Assembly: GCA_029937545.1 (NCBI GenBank)
Contig: JAPYPR010000002.1
Coordinates: 129,115 to 193,114, forward strand
Source of the DNA: Erythrobacter sp.
GTDB taxonomy: Bacteria; Pseudomonadota; Alphaproteobacteria; Sphingomonadales; Sphingomonadaceae
Direction: 5' to 3'
Length of the DNA: 64,000 bases
A program made the translations under genes and the position numbers. This document shows, one piece after another, positions 9,677-18,326 of this stretch (position 1 is the stretch's first letter; the number at the start of each line of letters is the position of its first letter). The notes under the pieces were generated by a model. That model did not search any database, was not told where the DNA came from, and was given only the letters and a program-made list of their open reading frames with translations.

Positions 9677-10036
9677 GCTGGAGTTTTCCCGTGGTGTGTA
9701 GTCGATTAATTGCATTAAGAAGCAACTGTCCGGAAAATGACTGACATCAGAATGCGTTGCTGTCACCTGTTCAATCCCACACGAATGGAAGGCATCAGGT
9801 CTTTCGCTAGTCTTTCGAACGATCGATATTCGGGTGGTTAGCCGATCGGAAGGAATTGGGCCGGGATCGGATAGGTGGTTTGCCAGCGATAAGGGGCAAG
9901 CGGGTCACTGGCCGCCGACGATCTTTGGATAAATTAGTCCGATTCCCCAACTGATCTTGGCCGTTCAGCAACTTTTCTCTCCGAGCTGGCTGGCAAATCT
10001 GAATGAGCTTGTCTCTCGCCAAAAGGCATCTCCAAT

Positions 10037-10051
10037 GTTCCAATTATGTTC
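10037..10051. promoter_or_regulatory. Alphaproteobacterial LexA (SOS) box GTTC-N7-GTTC
   Basis: GTTC-CAATTAT-GTTC is an exact consensus match, 100 bp upstream of the dGTPase ATG. Confidence 0.7.
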
Positions 10052-10151
10052 CAATCGGTTTAGGCACCGATCTTCGGTGAATGCGCGTTTGGAATTGCGA
10101 GGCTGTGGCCCTATTCGAGCCTCTGAAGAAAAACGATAATGGTGGATTCTT

Positions 10152-11570
10152 ATGGCGACGATTTGGTCTAATCGAAGAGCGAATGAACTGCATGATAGCC
10201 CGGACGGTGCCGAACCCGATCCGGTTCGGTCGCGTTTTCAGCAGGACTATGACCGGCTGCTCTTCTCGACGCCCGTTCGCCGATTGTCGGACAAAACCCA
10301 GGTTTGGCCGATGGATGACAACGACGGCGTGCGAACCCGGCTAACTCACTCGCACGAAGTGGCCAATCTCGCGCGCTCGATCGGCACCCGAATCTTTACA
10401 GCGAATGCGGGACTGTTTTCTGGGGCAGACCTTCATCAAGTAATCCAGCCGATGCTTTCCGCGATCGGTCTCGCCCATGATCTAGGCAATCCGCCGTTCG
10501 GACATCAGGGGGAGGCCGCGATAGGCCGCTGGTTCGAACGTCGTAAGGAATGGATCTTCACCAATCATGACAAAGGCGCGCGCGGTTTGCCGACCGCAAT
10601 TCCCGATAGTCTTCATGCAGAGTTCCTCAAGTTCGATGGCAACCCGCAGACGCTTCGGCTGATTACCAAGCTTCAGACGAACATCGCTCATCTGGGCCTC
10701 GATCTCACTTCGGCAACGCTGGTCGCGGCGATTAAGTATCCCGTTGGCGCTTCCAACCGCGACAAGAATAATCCGATCGCCAAGAAATATGGCTATTTTG
10801 AAGCGGAACGCGGGCTTGTGGACGGGCTTCGTAAAGAAACCGGATTGGGTGAAGGGCAGCGCCATCCGCTCACTTGGATCATGGAAGCTTGCGATGACAT
10901 TGCCTACTCGGTTCTCGACGTCGACGACGCGATGAAGAAGGGCGTCCTCTCACCAGACGATGTGCTCGCGAGCCTACGGGCTGACCCAACCACTTCCTCG
11001 CAAGCCGCAGTAACGAAGGCTCAATCCAAGTTCGAGGCGGTTGAGGCCGCAGGCAGGCGTCCGGAACTGTCGCGTGACATCAAGATCGGATTTCTGCGGG
11101 CATATCTAATTGAGGCCCTAATTGAACATGCAAGCGACGGCTTTGTTGCCGCAGGAGAGGCCATCACATCCTTCTCACATCGCACCCCGTTGATGGACGA
11201 CAGCACCCTGTGTGAAAAACTCAAGTCTCTCGCCCGGCAGCATGCATTCGGTAATTCAGGTGTGTTGCAGATGGAGGCGCGCGGAGCAGAAGCGATTGAC
11301 GGCCTTGCGACCGCCTTCTGGGAAGCGATCCACGACCGATCATCGGAGGACTTCAATGACATCTTGGCCCGCCGATCCGGAGCGAAAAACAAATATGTCT
11401 TCGCGCTGATTAGTCAAAATTACCTTGAGGACGCATCGCGCGCTGCGAACGCCGACGGCATCTCTGCGTCGGTTCGTTACCGTGAGCTCCGCCTGCTGAC
11501 AGACATGCTGTCGGGCATGACTGACACTTTCACGATCAAACTCTGGGACGAGTTGAAAGGCATGCGATAG
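10152..11570 (+). CDS. dgt: HD-domain dGTP triphosphohydrolase (dGTPase), putative anti-phage type
   Basis: RSRFQQDYDRLLFS, RTRLTHSHEV, LAHDLGNPPFGHQGE (HD), DGNPQ, RHPL..MEACDDIAY, D..SGMTD. Confidence 0.93.
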   Translation: MATIWSNRRANELHDSPDGAEPDPVRSRFQQDYDRLLFSTPVRRLSDKTQVWPMDDNDGVRTRLTHSHEVANLARSIGTRIFTANAGLFSGADLHQVIQPMLSAIGLAHDLGNPPFGHQGEAAIGRWFERRKEWIFTNHDKGARGLPTAIPDSLHAEFLKFDGNPQTLRLITKLQTNIAHLGLDLTSATLVAAIKYPVGASNRDKNNPIAKKYGYFEAERGLVDGLRKETGLGEGQRHPLTWIMEACDDIAYSVLDVDDAMKKGVLSPDDVLASLRADPTTSSQAAVTKAQSKFEAVEAAGRRPELSRDIKIGFLRAYLIEALIEHASDGFVAAGEAITSFSHRTPLMDDSTLCEKLKSLARQHAFGNSGVLQMEARGAEAIDGLATAFWEAIHDRSSEDFNDILARRSGAKNKYVFALISQNYLEDASRAANADGISASVRYRELRLLTDMLSGMTDTFTIKLWDELKGMR

Positions 11571-12347
11571 GTGACACCTGCGGAAACACTACCGAAGCTA
11601 AAGCGCCGCATCGACGATTATCTGTGGCGGGAGGATGGGCTGCCGATCCAGCGATTACGTGACATATTGGCGACGAGATTCACGCCCCTGGGGCCGGTCG
11701 CCATTATCGGCGGCTTGGTCCGCGATATTGCACGCAAAGGAAAGGTCGGCTTCAGGTCTGACATCGATCTGGTGATTGATGCCGAGCCAACGCGCGTCGC
11801 TGCGCTGGCCGCTGCACTGGATGCTACGCCAAATCGCTTTGGCGGCTTCGCTTCGGTCCATCCGCACTGGAAGGTAGACTTTTGGTCCCTGCCAAACACT
11901 TGGGCTTCAGCCGTAGGACTAGTGCGCACAGACTCGTTAGCAGATCTCGTCCATACCACTTTCTTCGACTGCGATGCGATCTGCTACGAGGTGCAAAAGC
12001 GCAAGATTCATGCCCTACCGGGATATCTCGAACGGCTGACTGAGCGCACCGTCGACATCAATCTGTTGCCCAATCCTTCAATCGACGGAAACCTTTTGCG
12101 GGCTGCTCGGCGCATCCTACTCTGGCACTTTCGTCCTGGCGCGGAGCTACGTGCGTTCATCGAGCGCGAACTAAACGAGGAGTCGTTTGAGCGCATTGTC
12201 GCAACTGAGCAGAACATTCATTCGAACGATATCCTCGGCGCATTTAATGGGCCGCAGCATCTCGCCGAAGTTTTGCTAGGGGATGAAATGCCGACCCAGT
12301 TTTCTGGTTTCGGCAAGCAGCTAGAGCTTCCCGGTTTAAATGAGTAG
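11571..12347 (+). CDS. Stand-alone class II (CCA-adding/poly(A) polymerase head-like) nucleotidyltransferase
   Basis: G47-G48-L-V-R51-D52...D64-I-D66 signature, WKVDFW (candidate third Asp), TTFFDCDAI where CCA enzymes have RDFTINA; 258 aa with no body/tail; GTG immediately follows the dgt stop. Confidence 0.75.
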   Translation: MTPAETLPKLKRRIDDYLWREDGLPIQRLRDILATRFTPLGPVAIIGGLVRDIARKGKVGFRSDIDLVIDAEPTRVAALAAALDATPNRFGGFASVHPHWKVDFWSLPNTWASAVGLVRTDSLADLVHTTFFDCDAICYEVQKRKIHALPGYLERLTERTVDINLLPNPSIDGNLLRAARRILLWHFRPGAELRAFIERELNEESFERIVATEQNIHSNDILGAFNGPQHLAEVLLGDEMPTQFSGFGKQLELPGLNE

Positions 12348-12639
12348 CGGTCAACGAACGGTTGTCTTTCGCAGATTGCCGCCTTGCCCGCTGAATAACT
12401 GAACACAGACGCCAAGCTGCCATTGTCGCGATCGTGAACGAACGGTAGGTGTGAGGCCATCTCTGGAGCCACCCGAATGACTACGAAGAGGGCGCAAGTC
12501 TGTCCTTGGAAAACAGAGACAAAAACAGTTTGAGCATGCTCGGCTAATTGCCTTGCGAAGAGCGGCTGCGACGGTTCCCACGCCGAAGTAGAAGGCGAAT
12601 CGTATGGTTCGGAGAGGGCCGTTCGGGAGGCGCAACAAC

Positions 12640-12680
12640 GCAAATCGGCGGTTCCGCCGATTTGCTATGCGCCGCCCGGA
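12640..12680 (+). promoter_or_regulatory. Candidate oriT (perfect 12-bp inverted repeat followed by TATGCGCC)
   Basis: GCAAATCGGCGG-TT-CCGCCGATTTGC then TATGCGCCGCCC; resembles the MOBQ layout (IR plus TAAGTGCGCCCT); ~110 bp upstream of the relaxase. Confidence 0.6.
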
Positions 12681-12791
12681 CCGTTCCCGACAACGATCCG
12701 GGCGGTGTCCTCCAGCCTAAATGCTTCCGGAAGGCGAAGAATCGACTGCGGCTATCTTGCGCATCCGAGAACAAAAGCGGATCATATACGC

Positions 12792-15722
12792 ATGGGCGCG
12801 ACGCGGCAAAACAACGAGGATCAACCTCTATACCAGCATCAGCTGGAGGCCATCCTGCGCGGCATCAAACTTGAGGAGCTCGAGGCCATCGGCGCTCTAT
12901 GGAAGGTCGGTTATCGCAAGCCCCAAAATTTGGAAACAAACGCTCGATCAGTCCGGGAACGATCTGCAGCAGGTGCGGGTCGAGTAGTGGATTTCAATAT
13001 CCCGAGCCCACTGACCGGCAGGGATCGACAAGGCGGTGATCGCCGCGTCCCTCATGTTTCGATCAAACCGATCCAAGCAACGGGCCCTCGTATCAAGGGT
13101 GAGAAGCTACTTAAGGGAAAGGGACGCGAGCGCCAAAGCGGATCGCAGCATATCGATTACTTGGCAACGGGCGCCAGGCTCACGATAGGTTTCCATCTGG
13201 ACTATCTCCGCCGACAGTTCGAGAGCCATGATCCGGGCGGGGACCTCCACATCGACATGCTCGATGAGCAGGTGATGCGGGCCGAGCAGAACCGGTTATC
13301 ATACCACAGCAATATCCCCGGCGGGATCGAGCGCCACAAATCCCTGTTCGATGCGGCCGAACGCTGCGAACCTAAACCAACGCGCTATCACCTGAAGGTA
13401 AACACAGCAGCGCTCGCTGCCCTGGAAGATCTTGTCGAGGCTACAGGCGCCTCGTTCCTAGTGCAGCGCGTGGTCGACCAATTACGAGCAGACCGCGCAA
13501 AGCGGAAAGCCTTGGCGACCGCGAAAAAACAGCGCTTCAAAGAATTCCGGGCCACGGTCGCATCGGGATCGTGGAAAGAAGTAACCGACTGGCTGAAGGA
13601 ACTGGACGATCACCCGCAATTGAAGGGTATGGTATCCTGCAAGGAGGGCCGCGCCGGCCGCGTGCAGTTTCGAGTGGTATTAGAGTTGCCCGACGGTCTG
13701 ACTGCCGCGGAGCGTTATACTGTCATGCGGGACTTTTGCGATGAGCTTGGTGCTGATGGGCACATGGTTGTCGCTGCCATCCATCAGCCCGACCAGACAA
13801 ACGACAAGCGCAACTACCACATCCACGTCGATTTCTACGATCGGCCGGCCAAGTGGCTGGACGAGCACGATTGCTGGGATTTCGAATACAAGGTCCGGAA
13901 GAACGGAAAGGACACCTATCCTCTCCGGCAAAACAAGGTGCGATATCCGAAACCTCCGGCACGCCTCTTCCGGGAACGTTACATCCGGATCGTCGAGCGC
14001 GTCCGCAATGGTCGTCCCGATATTGCCGAGTTTCTCTTGGGGACCTATCAGGACAACCACATCGACCTGACACCGCTCGATCACATGGGGCCGCGCGCCA
14101 TCGGATTGGAGAAGCGCGGGGTCGTCACCGCTGTCGGGACTGAGAACGCGCGACGCATCATTTCGGATGAAATGCGGCATGCCGAAAAACAGGCCCGGAC
14201 CGAATATTTAAACGAGATCGAGGCGGTGCTCCAAATGCTTCGATCCGCCACAAGCGATAAACATGCCTCCGATGCGCTATTGCGCTTCATCGATCTGCGC
14301 AAAAAGATCTCCGAGCGCCGGCTTCAGGCGGAGTTGGGCAGAATTACCGTCAGAATGACGCGGTCGCGCGCGGACGCCGTGATCAGGACGCTGACGCCGG
14401 AACCGGGCCGCCCAGTGACACCAAGAAAAGGCGATGCCGCCCTGCTCAAGAACGCCCGGGCTCATGTCGCCTGGCTCGAGAGCCATGCACCCGGCGAAGA
14501 CATGATCGCGGCGGAGCAGCGACTTTTGGATGATCTGGAGAAAGCCGCCGCGGAAGCAAAAGCGAAAGTCCTGGCAGTGTGTTCAGAGCCTACCGCAGGC
14601 CAATCCGTAGCGGTTCAGGACGTCAACGAGCCTGACGTTTCAACCTTCGAGAAGAAGCAGACGAAACCGTCACAGTTTGACGAGTTGAAACGCCAGCGCC
14701 TTCATTCCTGGTTGGATAAGCACATCGAGGACCCGGCTTGCCTTCGGATGGAGCCGTCCGCCTTTCTTCGCGGAGAACGGATGCCGAAGGCTATTCGCAC
14801 TCTCATGGCGCAATTCGCGCATGAGCCGGAGTTCGTGAACCGATTGAGAGCGGAACGCGCGCGAAGATCGCTTCCTTCGCCCACGGCCAGTGTCGTAGAA
14901 CAGCCGGTCTCAAGGTCCCTTCCAACGTCTCCGTCTTTGGGTTCCGAGCCAACGTCGCATCCTAAGCTGAATGGATCTCGCGGTGGCCTACTGATTAGCA
15001 CTTCAGCGAAACCGCAGTCAGACGTGCAATCAAGCCGTAATCCGTCCGGGACCATCAATCCAGCGAGCGTCCGAGGGGATCACGGCGGATCGCCAACGGA
15101 CCCCGAGAGGCACGAAAATAGCCGGCTGATGCAAACGACAGCATCGGTCAAACCGGAGCCACATAGCAGCAACCTCTTCCACGAGAGCAGAGCTACTGCG
15201 GCTCAGTTCATATTGATGCATCAGAAAATACAGGGGAGGAAGAAACGGAGACGATCGCCTGACCCAGTTGGCTTTAACCGATCGGAGCAATCTTATGAGC
15301 GGGACGATCACGAACTGAACAGTCCTGGCGAGCAGGAAGTGCAAGCAGACCGGCTTCGTCGTGCTGTCCGGAAGGAAGCGATCAATGGAACGCCCCTTGT
15401 CACGACGGGGCACTCTACTGGTCAGGGCATTCAACCACACACAGACGCAAACGTTTCGGATGATGCGAAGAATGACGATGGTCGTGCGAGGATCGAACCA
15501 CGTGATCCAAGTATGCGAAAACCATCGGGTCCGGATCGTGTTATCGGCTCACCCAGAGTAACCGATCCGCACTCCAAGCGAGAGACGAATGGTGTTCAAG
15601 CAGATCAGAAGCCAATCGCGGCGACCGGACCATCCAAGGGATCGCCACCGTTGCTTCGAGCGAAGGGGCGAGATGATGATAGCACACCAGTGCCAGAATC
15701 ATCGAGGGGACGTGGCCGCTAG
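12792..15722 (+). CDS. MobA/MobL (MOBQ-like) relaxase with a long low-complexity C-terminus
   Basis: HIDYL/HLDYL (candidate catalytic Tyr), VVLELPDGL, AAIHQPD...NYHIHVDFYDRP (3H motif); P/S/R-rich tail ending SRGRGR. Confidence 0.8.
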   Translation: MGATRQNNEDQPLYQHQLEAILRGIKLEELEAIGALWKVGYRKPQNLETNARSVRERSAAGAGRVVDFNIPSPLTGRDRQGGDRRVPHVSIKPIQATGPRIKGEKLLKGKGRERQSGSQHIDYLATGARLTIGFHLDYLRRQFESHDPGGDLHIDMLDEQVMRAEQNRLSYHSNIPGGIERHKSLFDAAERCEPKPTRYHLKVNTAALAALEDLVEATGASFLVQRVVDQLRADRAKRKALATAKKQRFKEFRATVASGSWKEVTDWLKELDDHPQLKGMVSCKEGRAGRVQFRVVLELPDGLTAAERYTVMRDFCDELGADGHMVVAAIHQPDQTNDKRNYHIHVDFYDRPAKWLDEHDCWDFEYKVRKNGKDTYPLRQNKVRYPKPPARLFRERYIRIVERVRNGRPDIAEFLLGTYQDNHIDLTPLDHMGPRAIGLEKRGVVTAVGTENARRIISDEMRHAEKQARTEYLNEIEAVLQMLRSATSDKHASDALLRFIDLRKKISERRLQAELGRITVRMTRSRADAVIRTLTPEPGRPVTPRKGDAALLKNARAHVAWLESHAPGEDMIAAEQRLLDDLEKAAAEAKAKVLAVCSEPTAGQSVAVQDVNEPDVSTFEKKQTKPSQFDELKRQRLHSWLDKHIEDPACLRMEPSAFLRGERMPKAIRTLMAQFAHEPEFVNRLRAERARRSLPSPTASVVEQPVSRSLPTSPSLGSEPTSHPKLNGSRGGLLISTSAKPQSDVQSSRNPSGTINPASVRGDHGGSPTDPERHENSRLMQTTASVKPEPHSSNLFHESRATAAQFILMHQKIQGRKKRRRSPDPVGFNRSEQSYERDDHELNSPGEQEVQADRLRRAVRKEAINGTPLVTTGHSTGQGIQPHTDANVSDDAKNDDGRARIEPRDPSMRKPSGPDRVIGSPRVTDPHSKRETNGVQADQKPIAATGPSKGSPPLLRAKGRDDDSTPVPESSRGRGR

Positions 15723-15731
15723 AGTGATGGT

Positions 15732-15762
15732 CGACCGAAAAACGGTCGGGTAAGCCGCCCGG
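15732..15762 (+). promoter_or_regulatory. Second oriT-like hairpin
   Basis: CGACCG-AAAAA-CGGTCG then GGTAAGCCGCCC; shares GCCGCCCGG with the 12640 site. Confidence 0.4.
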
Positions 15763-15876
15763 CGGCGGCGAAGTGAATTGTTTTGGAAAAGGGAAGCTGT
15801 CCTGCGGATGAAAATAAGCAGGGCGGCCTGATCCGGCCGAACGGCGGTCGGTGATCACCCTACCGAAAGCACCCAA

Positions 15877-16389
15877 ATGCCTGAAATTTTAAATACGCCC
15901 ATGTCGCCGTGGGAGCGTCTGCTGGCGCTCCCACTCATGGAGCTCGAAGCTTCCACCGTCGCTAGCTGGCACCTTCGAGGCCTGCCAAGCGGCTCTCTCG
16001 ATGTGCCGCAATGCAGTGTGATCTTGGCCAGTTCCGACGATGCCGAGCGGTTCGATCTCGCCATGTTGAAGACCGCTACCACACAAAATCGCGACGTGCT
16101 GCTGATGCGGTTGGCGACAGGAATGGGTGCCAACCAGACTACCGCTGTCACAATCGATGCGGTGCTGCGTTCGCCCCTCGAGCCGATCCTGCTGACGAAC
16201 CTTGTGCCCTGCAGGCTCGCCGACGGTGCGCTGTGGTTCGTGACCGAGAACCGTGGTCGGAGCCTGGTCGTCGAGCCCACCGGGCTATCCATCCGGTGGA
16301 GAGCGCCGGCGTCGCCATGCGAACTAGCGTTGGGCCGTGAGCGGGTGGCCGCCGAGATCGGCTTCATCTTGAAGGGAGCAGAGTTCTGA
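15877..16389 (+). CDS. Hypothetical protein (170 aa), coupled to the next gene
   Basis: Stop overlaps the ATG of 16389 (TGATG); no recognised motif. Confidence 0.6.
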   Translation: MPEILNTPMSPWERLLALPLMELEASTVASWHLRGLPSGSLDVPQCSVILASSDDAERFDLAMLKTATTQNRDVLLMRLATGMGANQTTAVTIDAVLRSPLEPILLTNLVPCRLADGALWFVTENRGRSLVVEPTGLSIRWRAPASPCELALGRERVAAEIGFILKGAEF

Positions 16390-17036
16390 TGGCCCGGACC
16401 AAAACAAAGCCCCGCACGAAAACGCCGTCGCGCAAGGCCGTCGACGAAAAGGATCCGAGAACCTGGCTCTTCGAGAATCCGGACGGATCAACCGGAGACG
16501 GGTTCGTCTTCGCCGTTCTGCGTAAGGTTTATAACAAGCGAGCCAACAGTGCCGCCGAGCTCGCTTGGCGGAAATGTCACGTCGGCCCGGATTACAAGGT
16601 ATGGGATCCGTCGGTCTGGCAGCCGAATATCGAGCGGCTCGAGGTGCTCCTGCCGGAGAAGGCTGACGACCTACTCGCCGATCCGGTCACGCTGATGCGA
16701 CAGGTGGACGAATTCGCGGCGCCCAACCAGGCGGGCCTGCTGACTTATTTGTCGTTACCGCTTGGAGATGCCGACCGCGTCCATATTGCCTGGGAGCGCT
16801 CTCGGGCTTTCGCGCGGCGATTGGCGTCCGAACGAAAGCTCGCCAGCCTCGTCATGTTGCACGCCCCCGGTCTGATTGGAGCGGATCTGCCTCTTCACGC
16901 GCATCTACTCATAATCCCGCGTCAGATATCCGGTCTTGGGATGAAACACGCCCCTTACGATCGGCTACTCGTGCATGATGACGGCCAAGACTTTTTGCAC
17001 GGCATGTGGGCTAAGCACCGCGAAGGAGGCGTGTGA
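16389..17036 (+). CDS. Small MobA/MobL-like relaxase-domain protein (possibly degenerate)
   Basis: LEVLLP, AWERSRAFARR, VMLHAPG...LHAHLLIIPR resemble MOBQ motifs II/III; SAAELAWRK has W where motif I normally has Y. Confidence 0.6.
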   Translation: MARTKTKPRTKTPSRKAVDEKDPRTWLFENPDGSTGDGFVFAVLRKVYNKRANSAAELAWRKCHVGPDYKVWDPSVWQPNIERLEVLLPEKADDLLADPVTLMRQVDEFAAPNQAGLLTYLSLPLGDADRVHIAWERSRAFARRLASERKLASLVMLHAPGLIGADLPLHAHLLIIPRQISGLGMKHAPYDRLLVHDDGQDFLHGMWAKHREGGV

Positions 17037-17058
17037 CATTGCTTTTGCGCGCAATGGA

Positions 17059-17319
17059 TCACTTTAAACTCGATACCACAGGTCGTCTCATTTCCGCCCG
17101 CCGCAGTATCGCCCGCGCCACCATGGCACCCGTCACCAAATGGTGGCTGGTGAGCTCCCGAGAACGCTGCATTCTTCGGTTGCCCAGTTCTGCAAGCACC
17201 AGTTGCAACTCGTCGTTATCTCGCTTGTTTGCCGTGACGTGTTTCTCAAGTTGGCTGATCGACCAATGGCTCATCGGTCTTCCCGCCTCTCCACCGCTGC
17301 GCTTCATCTTGTCGCTCAG
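17059..17319 (-). CDS. Small hypothetical protein (~86 aa, probable CTG start) or 5' remnant of a larger gene
   Basis: Perfect SD AGGAGGT (17325-17331) 5 nt before an in-frame CTG; amphipathic helical segment RPMSHWSISQLEKHV..DELQLVLAELGNRRMQRSREL. Confidence 0.45.
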   Translation of the reverse strand: MSDKMKRSGGEAGRPMSHWSISQLEKHVTANKRDNDELQLVLAELGNRRMQRSRELTSHHLVTGAMVARAILRRAEMRRPVVSSLK

Positions 17320-17359
17320 GAGCTACCTCCTATGCATAGTTGAAACCGGAAGAAGAACT

Positions 17360-18268
17360 TCATGCAGCCCAATGCTGCGTATGATAGATCGCCGAATAAT
17401 CAGCGACCTCGTAAGGCTCCACGCCAAGGCACTCTAGGAAGAACCGCTTTTCGCGGTGTCGCTCATCATCTTCGCACGTGGGATACACATACCAAGCTGG
17501 GGGACGCTCCCCACCACGCTTTTTGTAAAGGGCAGCCCGTTGAATTAGCAGCCAGCGCAACCAAACTTCCTGTCCATCTAGGGCGATGCCAAACACGACG
17601 AGGGGCATCTTGAACAAAATATCTAACCAAGTGTCTTCGCCAGCCCAGTGAGGAAACTCACGCGCGTCGAGAACCCAAGGACGGCATCGTGTCACGCAGC
17701 CCATGTAATCGCTAAGGCCCAAACGGATGCTTTGGATATGGGAAATGAAGCCGTTAATATGCCAGACGCCAAACCCATCGCATGGCCGATTAAGAGGCTC
17801 GCGTGCGAAATATTTTTCCCACGGGTAGTAGGCAGTCGATCGTTTCCTGCTCCCGCGTGGACGAAACAAGGATTGGCGTTCTGCTCGGACAGCATCAGAA
17901 AGCGCAAGATCGAAGTTCGTGGTAAGGATGGGTGAACCATGCCTGCGTGCCCATTCCGCAATTTCTCTGTGGTGTGGTGAAGGTTCCCAGTTTTCCATCC
18001 CATCACAAAATTGCCGCTTTAATGGATACGCCTCGCTGGCGGTCTTTGGCTCTCTCTCCGTAGACCGCCCCAAATCAATCAGGTCATAGAACTCCGGCAT
18101 CGCGAGGTTCTTTGCCCTCTCCGGCGAAGGGAACTCGTTGTCTCTTGCCAGGCGCTCAACGAGTGCGTTCCAGCTCTGCCCACCGTTCGGATAAAGGTGA
18201 ACGCCGTTGCCGATTAGCAAGGCAACTCGCCCACCGGCACGGCGCCGCAGTTTGTCGATCACGGACAA
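17360..18268 (-). CDS. SIR2-like (SIR2_2) domain protein, putative NADase defence effector
   Basis: ALLIGNG..SW..LV, ILTTNFD, VWHING, IRLGLSDY, LVVFG.ALD: the SIR2_2 motif order. Confidence 0.75.
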   Translation of the reverse strand: MSVIDKLRRRAGGRVALLIGNGVHLYPNGGQSWNALVERLARDNEFPSPERAKNLAMPEFYDLIDLGRSTEREPKTASEAYPLKRQFCDGMENWEPSPHHREIAEWARRHGSPILTTNFDLALSDAVRAERQSLFRPRGSRKRSTAYYPWEKYFAREPLNRPCDGFGVWHINGFISHIQSIRLGLSDYMGCVTRCRPWVLDAREFPHWAGEDTWLDILFKMPLVVFGIALDGQEVWLRWLLIQRAALYKKRGGERPPAWYVYPTCEDDERHREKRFFLECLGVEPYEVADYSAIYHTQHWAA

Positions 18269-18326
18269 GGGATGCCCCGGATCGGCTGTCTGCGCAAAAA
18301 CTTTAGCATATCCAGTGCTTATCCTC

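Noticed and set aside
11571-12347. Calling the NTase a housekeeping cca/pcnB, a CBASS CD-NTase, or Hailong HalB outright
   Set aside because: Too short for Cca/PcnB with an altered specificity motif; its GGxVRD class II signature differs from CD-NTases; no HalA-like membrane partner is present. HalB similarity is an untested analogy.
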